Source: Catajapyx aquilonaris (lineage: Eukaryota). Taken from it: a stretch of 42,989 nt of DNA. Positions within the stretch are counted from its first letter, which is position 1; every line of letters starts with the position of its first letter. Under the pieces are notes generated by a model. The model was not told where the DNA came from and did no database searches. It saw only the letters and a program-made list of their open reading frames with translations. This document shows positions 36,287 to 42,989 of this stretch, in pieces. Made by a program: the position numbers and the translations under genes. Location of the stretch: NCBI GenBank assembly GCA_000934665.2, contig JYFJ02003361.1, forward strand, positions 1 through 42,989, read 5' to 3'.

Positions 36287-37633
36287 ATGGCGAAAGCTGG
36301 AGGTGTGTCATTCGAAAATCGCCACCAGATGAGAGCGGAACCGGGCGAACTAGACGCGGGGATGGCGCGAATTAAAGGTGCTTCGCATATCGCACTATTT
36401 CCCCCCGTCCGAGGTAAGTGATGCCTTCTCCACACCGTTGGGGCTTCTGACTACCTCCTCCGTATCAGGTCACGCACTCTCTTTTTCCATGATATTCGGT
36501 CGCGGAACAGATTCACTGGACTGCACCGTCATGGAATAACCGCGACGCGTTTGAGAATAGCAGCTATAATATGTGTTAGGTCCCAGAAGATTGCTAATGG
36601 CTCTGTTTCAATGACTAATTCCAATTTTAAGCACTATGGGTGTATGCCAGACTACAGCATTAGTCATTTTGTTGTTAAACAATTATTACGTGTAGGACGC
36701 ACTGCCCTAGGCGAGGGACTTGTCATTAGCAGTTACTTGTAGCTGCTAGAAAATAGCGTTTAAGCCCCATCCTGGCATGTGGTTCGCCGTCTGGCCGCCA
36801 GAAGGGGTTTTGGTGCCACCAGGCGTCGCTACTCACTGAGCGGGAGACTATTTTACGAATCTGACCTCTCGCCCTGGGGTTACCGTTCGGGTGAGAGAAA
36901 AACGAACTGCACCGTCGGAAATCTTATTTTTGGGACAATTTTTAGAGACAAACTTGTATTTTGAGTGGAGTGTCCCTTTAACAGCAACAAAGTCTCAGCA
37001 TGACCACAACTGTGGAGTTGCAAACTTTGTTAAAAATCTTCAAACTGCAACTTCATGTACTGTACAACAAAATTGCGATCCCTTCTTGAAGTGAAAACTT
37101 TCCTCCAGAACTTTTGAGTCTTGCTCAGTGTATCAGACCGTCACGTGTCTGGATGCCCTGCAAAGAGTAAGAGGGAAGCATTGTCATAATTATGACCGAG
37201 TCATCATTAATGAGTCTGTTCTTCTGTTAGGTTCAATGGTTGGCAGACAAGCTCACCTCCAGATACCGGACCACCAGTGCCTTCCCCTGATTCCTGGCCA
37301 GGTCGAGGTGAGTGTTTTATAGTAAGGTCAGTCATCACTGGTCAGTGCTACCTTGTCTCATTGTCAATCATTGTCAAGCGCCTGCAGAATTTCCCTTGTA
37401 CCTGCATGAGTTTTATATACTTTTATATGTACATTTTATTGTCAATTACTGCATGTATAAATGCTAAATTGTGCTTTTGAATAGCCATAGGCTCCCCACA
37501 TGGCACTGTGAGTTCAGATGAGTAAATAAGCAAACACTAGTAACACTTGGATGTCTCACAGGTGCGAGCTGGCCAAAGACCTGTTGGACAACAGAATGAA
37601 ATGCTGAAGCCAAAGAAGCGAAGAGGTGCTTGA
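36287..37633 (+). CDS. Predicted small 3-exon ORF, 91 aa, unknown function: join(36287-36413, 37231-37307, 37562-37633)
   Basis: gccATGG start in CpG-rich DNA; donors GAG|gtaagt and GAG|gtgagt; acceptors cttctgttag and tctcacag; phases 1 and 0 give an open frame ending PKKRRGA*. Confidence 0.45.
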
Positions 37634-37674
37634 GTCACAGGATGGCACCTGCTGTCTTCTGATGGTAGTGAATT

Positions 37675-37943
37675 GCACACTTTTGTTATCTCGGCCGTTT
37701 ATAATCTGAATTACTTAGCGAATGTATCGACGGCAATCCAGAAATGTGCGTGATAAAATTACATCATGCTCTATTACACTAAAAAAAAATTTAAGTATTG
37801 TTTTAGTAAGTTTAATTTTAAGTAGTTTAACAATTTTTAGTGTAATTGAGCATGGTTTAATTTTATCATGCACATTTCTGGCTTCCGTCAATACATTCGT
37901 GAAGTAATTCAGATTATAAACGGCCGAGATAACAGAGGTGTGC
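37675..37943. mobile_element. AATT-flanked palindromic MITE (Sola-like)
   Basis: aatt|gcacac..tgttatctcggccg ... cggccgagataaca..gtgtgc|aatt. Confidence 0.75.
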
Positions 37944-38295
37944 AATTAACTTAATTATTAGCCTACACAAATGGCGATTTCAATGTTTCAAATACAGTAT
38001 ATCATTAGATATAGACAAAGATCTGCACTACAGAATGGCATTACAGATCATCCAGCAGCATTTTTTCTGTATTTGCTGCTGGATGACCTGTAATACCTTA
38101 TTGATTTGTCCACTTAGTTGATGCTCCTGCACAAAGTTCTTGATTACTGGTACTGATTATTACTGCATGTTTTAAAACAATAAGGTTAAATCAAGTTATT
38201 GAGATTCAAGCATTGCTTCCCACAACAGGTCTGGACTCCTTGTCAGTTTATTCCGGTATTCGACATGATCACATAAGTGCTCCATTCATGCATAA

Positions 38296-40622
38296 CTACT
38301 GACTGTCATCAGCTTTCAATGGAGGTATCCTCAGCATTATGCCCTTCCAGGACAAGCGAAACTGTTTTAGTGTCACCAACTCCTGAAGATGAGCCTGGAA
38401 AAGAGAAGGGGGTCTCCGTTACACACAATTTCACACAAACATTTCCATATGGTATACTTACTAGGGCAGGCTTCCTGCCATAGCGCATTGTCCCTTTAGC
38501 GAAGTCAGCGATATCTTTCTTTACTTCTTCCATCCTAGGGCTCTTCAGCGAGCTACCAAGAGCAACTAGGCCATTAAGCAAGGCTTGGCTTGATGCCGGG
38601 GTTAGATCTGGTGGTGGCTTGCCATCACATAAGGTTGCCAAGCAGTGGTAGATGGCACGATAGTCCACACCACCTGACTGCTCTACAGATGGGATTTTTC
38701 CAAACTTGGCATAAGCACGCAGGGTGTCTGATAGTACACCTGCTTCATCGATGTAAGAACACCCTTTTGCACGATATAGTGCCATAAGCCACTGATCTAT
38801 CGCAGGCTTATTCTTGACCTGTAAGCAACACAAGATCTGTAGCAGGCAATTACAATTAAAATAATTTACTTCAACTCGAAAAAATTTCATCCTTTCATGC
38901 AAACAAATTGCCCAATTTACTACCCTAGATCAGCGGTTCCCAAACTGTTCTGCGGAACCCCAGGATTCCGTAGCACCACGAAAAAGTCTCAAAAATAATA
39001 TTTAAGAGTGATTATAATATAAAACCACAAGGGTCAGTTGTCATTCAAGTAGCAAACAAGGAATACATCACTATCACATCATTTGGTTCCTAGAACCTAG
39101 AACTCAGCGTGAAGGTAGGGGGTAGCACAGCAGCTTATCTCCAAATAACACTGTGTCCGACCGTATTCATAAGATCTCCAACTACATTGAAGATGAATTA
39201 ATTCAGACACTGAAAGACTGTAAATGCAACTGGACGAGAGTACTGATGTTGCCGGACTTGCAATATCCTTGTTTTATGAGGCCTTGGCAGGCCAATGCAA
39301 CCAGGGAAGAAATTTTTAAAATCATCCATTGTTACATGCTTAAACACTGTCTCGATTCATAAACATATGCAGCAATAGAGCTGTAGCGATGATGGAGATT
39401 TGTACCAGCAGTCATCGCATCTTGCACTGGCATGCCCTGGTGGCAAAGGACATTCCATGTGACTTAGGGCCAGTTGCACCGACCTCAGTATATCTTAGAA
39501 CCTCGGGTATATCAAGAATTGCCATAGCAATCATTGTTGACCAACAATGATTGCTATGGCAATTCTTGATATACCCGAGGTTCTAAGATATACTGAGGTC
39601 GGTGCAACTGGCCCTTAAAGGACATTCCATGTGACTTAAAGGACATTCTTAATGAAGCTGTAAAAATGGCCAATTATAATGTAAAGTCACTCCCACTACA
39701 GTCAACTTTTTGCAAAGGCCTGTGAAGATATGGGAAGTCAACATCAATCTCTTCTAATGTACACAGAAATAAGATAGCTTTCAAGAGGGAAAGTTCTGGC
39801 CAGGGTTTTTGAGCCATGCAATAAGCTTCGGTTTTTTTCATAGGGAAGACTTTTCCACTCCTAACATGTCTAATTTTTACGCAACCAAAAATGGCCAATT
39901 GGATGTGCTTACCTCGCTGACATATTTGGGAAACTTAATGAACATACTTAACATACACCTTTGCAGAGGACAGATATTACCACGTTCACAGTGAGAGACA
40001 AAATGACATCATTGAAAACCAGACGTAACTTTTGGATCAAATGTGTAACTGAGAAAAACAGGGAATGCTTATACTTGTACCTCTCCTAGCCCAGTTTCTG
40101 AGCGAAAACAAATGGGAAATCAAAGCTGATGTTCACAGAAACATTGCTGACCAATAAATTAATGCACCTCGTGAGTGATTAAAATATGTTCTTCCCTTAT
40201 TTCAAAACTTACTACGGCTATGTTGTGCAAAACACTCATGCAATAGGAGTAGCAGTATTGTCAATCAGTATATGAAAGAAGGAAGAACGTTGAGGTTTCG
40301 CAATGCTTATAGTAAATATCAGGGAGAGAGTTAGGGTTCCATGGGAAGAAAATGTCTTCTGAGAGGTTCCTTGATGGGAAAAGTTTGGGAACCGCTGCCC
40401 TAGATCACTCACCTCTTTTAGAATTTTTGCCTGGTGTTTCCGAAAATTCTTTCGGACGAAAATGCAAACGGCTGCCTCAGTCTTGTTTCCCATAAAGTTG
40501 GCAAGATCTCCATATCTGTACATCCCATACTCCTTCAAGCCTTCCACCAATTTAAGTTTATCCTCATCAGTCCATGTATCATCCATCCTCCTGCTCCACT
40601 TCAGTGCTCGCTTCGAGTTCAT
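38296..40622 (-). CDS. SNAPC2: SNAPC2/SNAP45-like protein: join(40413-40622, 38462-38818, 38296-38394), 221 aa; retaining the last intron gives a stop at 38309
   Basis: N-terminal SANT/Myb-like WTDEDKLKLVEGLKEYG...GNKTEAAVCIFV, then PAIDQW and VDYRAIYHCLATLCDGKPPPDLTPASSQALLNGLVAL. These parallel SNAPC2 APIEVW and VDFEKIYKYLS...ELSAAESAVVLDLLMSL. Canonical splice sites, all phase 0. An acceptor at 40625-40627 implies a further upstream exon. Confidence 0.65.
38931..40397 (+). mobile_element. Internally deleted hAT (Buster/Charlie/SPIN-type) transposon in SNAPC2-like intron
   Basis: 16-bp TIR cagcggttcccaaact; perfect 8-bp TSD ccctagat; remnant transposase motifs NNTVSDRI, LDESTDVAGLA and LSRGKVL. 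Confidence 0.92.
39467..39614. mobile_element. Perfect-palindrome Harbinger-type MITE nested in the hAT
   Basis: 73-bp perfect arms, 2-nt spacer, TTA TSD. Confidence 0.9.
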
Positions 40623-41640
40623 ACCTGCAAACAGTTGTAATCTTTAATCCAAATTCAATAACTCAATCGATTGATGTGTATTGGGTGGCTGATAACAAGG
40701 TCTCAGGTTGATGAACTAACAGGTGTATTGCAAGTATATCATAAGAGCTCAAGAACAGACCAGACTACTAGGTCTGTTCCTACATAACATCAACAACAAG
40801 TCACCTGTTGACTAGCAACTGGTTACAATAATGACAGGACACAACAGATTGAACAAATCATGCACTGTGAGAGGAACGCTAATATTGGTTGAGGTAGAGG
40901 ATCAGGCTTGCACCTCCCTGGGAGGAAGTAACTTTGAGTCTCGGTGCAACAAGTTACCATGACTATGACAACACCAATTTTGTTAAATGCCTAATTGGCT
41001 TCAGGGACTTATTTCTAGGCATGAAACACTGAAATTAAAATTCAGGCCACACTTTTAAAACATTTCCTTTAAATATACTGTAGAGTTGACTCCTGATATA
41101 ACAACCGTGGCTGTAACAAACTCTCCGTTATAATTTACTCAAAAGGCTGATCCCACCATACCTCCATATATGGCACACCTTGGTTATACAGTAGGATACT
41201 GATTTTCGCTGTCCATTGAAGTCTCTTATCTTATACCCAGAGTCGAAAGTGCTAACAATGCTTCTCTAATGGCTATACATTTTGCTACTCTCAAGGTTGT
41301 CACAACTGAATCGTGGAAATCAAAACTGCACTACGTTACATTTTCAGGATAAGTGAAACTCACCCTTATTGAATGAAGCCTATAATAACGAAACATGTGT
41401 ATATTGGTATTCATGGAAAGATTTGGCGAAACTGTTGACATACCAGGTGTTATGAACCCCCTTGACTTGAACGATGACTGAATGGCAAGCGACAGTTTGA
41501 CCCTCCTGCAGAGGCCGAAAAAAAACTGCGGTTTTGATTCCCACACGATCATGGAACGTAAAACCATGCTATGTTAAGCGAAAATCAAATATGATGCATG
41601 CAACTCGCAATTATAATTCGCAGAATAAAGTGCGGGAAAA

Positions 41641-42012
41641 ATAGTGCTGGTGAAACTGAACCCATACCAGGTGGTTCGACGCTCATCACTCCAACAGGAG
41701 CCATTCTGTGAGTGGTACTAAACTACATCCCACACTTGCACCTCACCTCGAACATAGCGCGGTTTTAAGTTCCATGTGAAAGGAAACATGAATGGTCCAA
41801 GGAAGTGCATGGAATCTAAGTACAGTACACTGGGGTCTCCTACTATGCAAGACACCTCTATGTGTTTAGAACACCGCATGTGCCACTGGACTGAAGGAAT
41901 CTGGAACTCAGTGTACCTGGAGTCCATGTGCTTGCTTGGTCAATGTTAAACTGCGCACTCAGCGTAGTGAGAGTCGAACCACCCAGTATGGGTTCAGTTT
42001 CGCCAGCACTAT
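41641..42012. mobile_element. Old TIR element (about 46-bp arms)
   Basis: atagtgctgg(t/c)gaaactgaacccatac..ggtggttcgac inverted pair. Confidence 0.6.
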
Positions 42013-42475
42013 GCCCAGCACTATTAATTTTTGTCCCACTAAAAAATCTGGTTCAACCCAGCAAAATCCCTGGTCAAACCGTCCAGTGATGGCCCACTGC
42101 ACCTGGTTCTTTAATAAATAGGCCGTGTAAATGCCATAACATGAAGAAATGATCATTGTGTGACACCTGTGGTCCCTGGCATGAACTAGGTCGAAAATCA
42201 ATCCACAGCGGCCAGTGGGCATTGCAAGTGCAGTAATGGCATCTGACACAGAGACCTACTGGTCACATTGGAATGCAGTTAGTTAACTTTTTCTTAAGGA
42301 CTTTCTTGCATCGTAAGTGTGTTTCTGGTCTTATAAATATCCTCAAAGCAATGTGAGGTATATGAAATTATTGGCCTAGAAGTGCTTTATTGAAGCATGG
42401 GAATGGAACCAGTCCCTTTGTTCAGGAGTAGGATTCATTAGGATGGCCTTGTCCAGCATTTCATGACTTTTCATA

Positions 42476-42819
42476 TAGTGATGGCCATGCCATGGCCATT
42501 TTTGTGTTAGGATTTTAAAATTTGAATGCCACATATGTTGGTCTGCTCACGCGAGTTATTCTTGGAGAGAAATTACAGCAATGATTTAGGAGGAAATACG
42601 CAGCAATGGCAAATCCATAGGCCTATCTTATTGTGTCACGACCAAAGCCTATTCTTGTATGCGACGAATACTTGCAAAATAAAATAATCAGCGATATTTC
42701 CTCACAACCTGTATAGGCTTTTGTGTTGCTCTATCTCAGATCAGTTAGGCCTAACTTCCTAATACCGATGGGGTCTCTACTGTATATAGCCTATTGTTTT
42801 GCTGCCATGGCCATCACTA
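42476..42819. mobile_element. Old hAT-like MITE
   Basis: tagtgatggccatg / catggccatcacta; TSD not preserved. Confidence 0.5.
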
Positions 42820-42989
42820 TCTTGACACCTGGCCATTATCTGGAGGTGGGCCATTACTAGTTTTTAGGTACAATATTTTGTGCAATTAAATGTACAGGGT
42901 TGGGCAAAATGTATGGCCTGATTTGAATCACGTGGTACTATGATGCTGTTTGAGCATGCAGGGGATATTGTCATGTGCTGGAGTGGGGA

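Noticed and set aside
40236..40412. C-terminal part of the 128-aa ORF
   Set aside because: Read-through past a strong donor into the hAT terminus

Overview
Eukaryotic, intron-containing, repeat-dense DNA, most likely from a non-holometabolous insect (inferred from the SINE/MITE repertoire; not provable from this window). Two minus-strand genes can be assembled by hand from GT-AG exons with consistent phases. (1) A CENP-C/Mif2-like kinetochore gene (coding exons 6910-22987, CpG-rich probable promoter near 30.4-30.9 kb). It has a clear C-terminal cupin domain, but I find no CENPC (CenH3-binding) motif; a roughly 28-aa-periodic array of AT-hook-like GRK/GRP motifs lies upstream of the cupin instead. 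(2) A SNAPC2/SNAP45-like gene (38296-40622). A small three-exon plus-strand ORF (91 aa, 36287-37633) of unknown identity converges on the second gene. The rest is transposon-derived: a decayed APE-RT LINE carrying six nested insertions, three tRNA-headed SINE families that appear to exchange 3' tails, a Buster-type hAT remnant, and many MITEs and long foldback palindromes. Several foldbacks were visibly built by inverted duplication of one transposon end. No prokaryotic system, CRISPR array or true tRNA/rRNA gene is supported. All alignments were done by eye.
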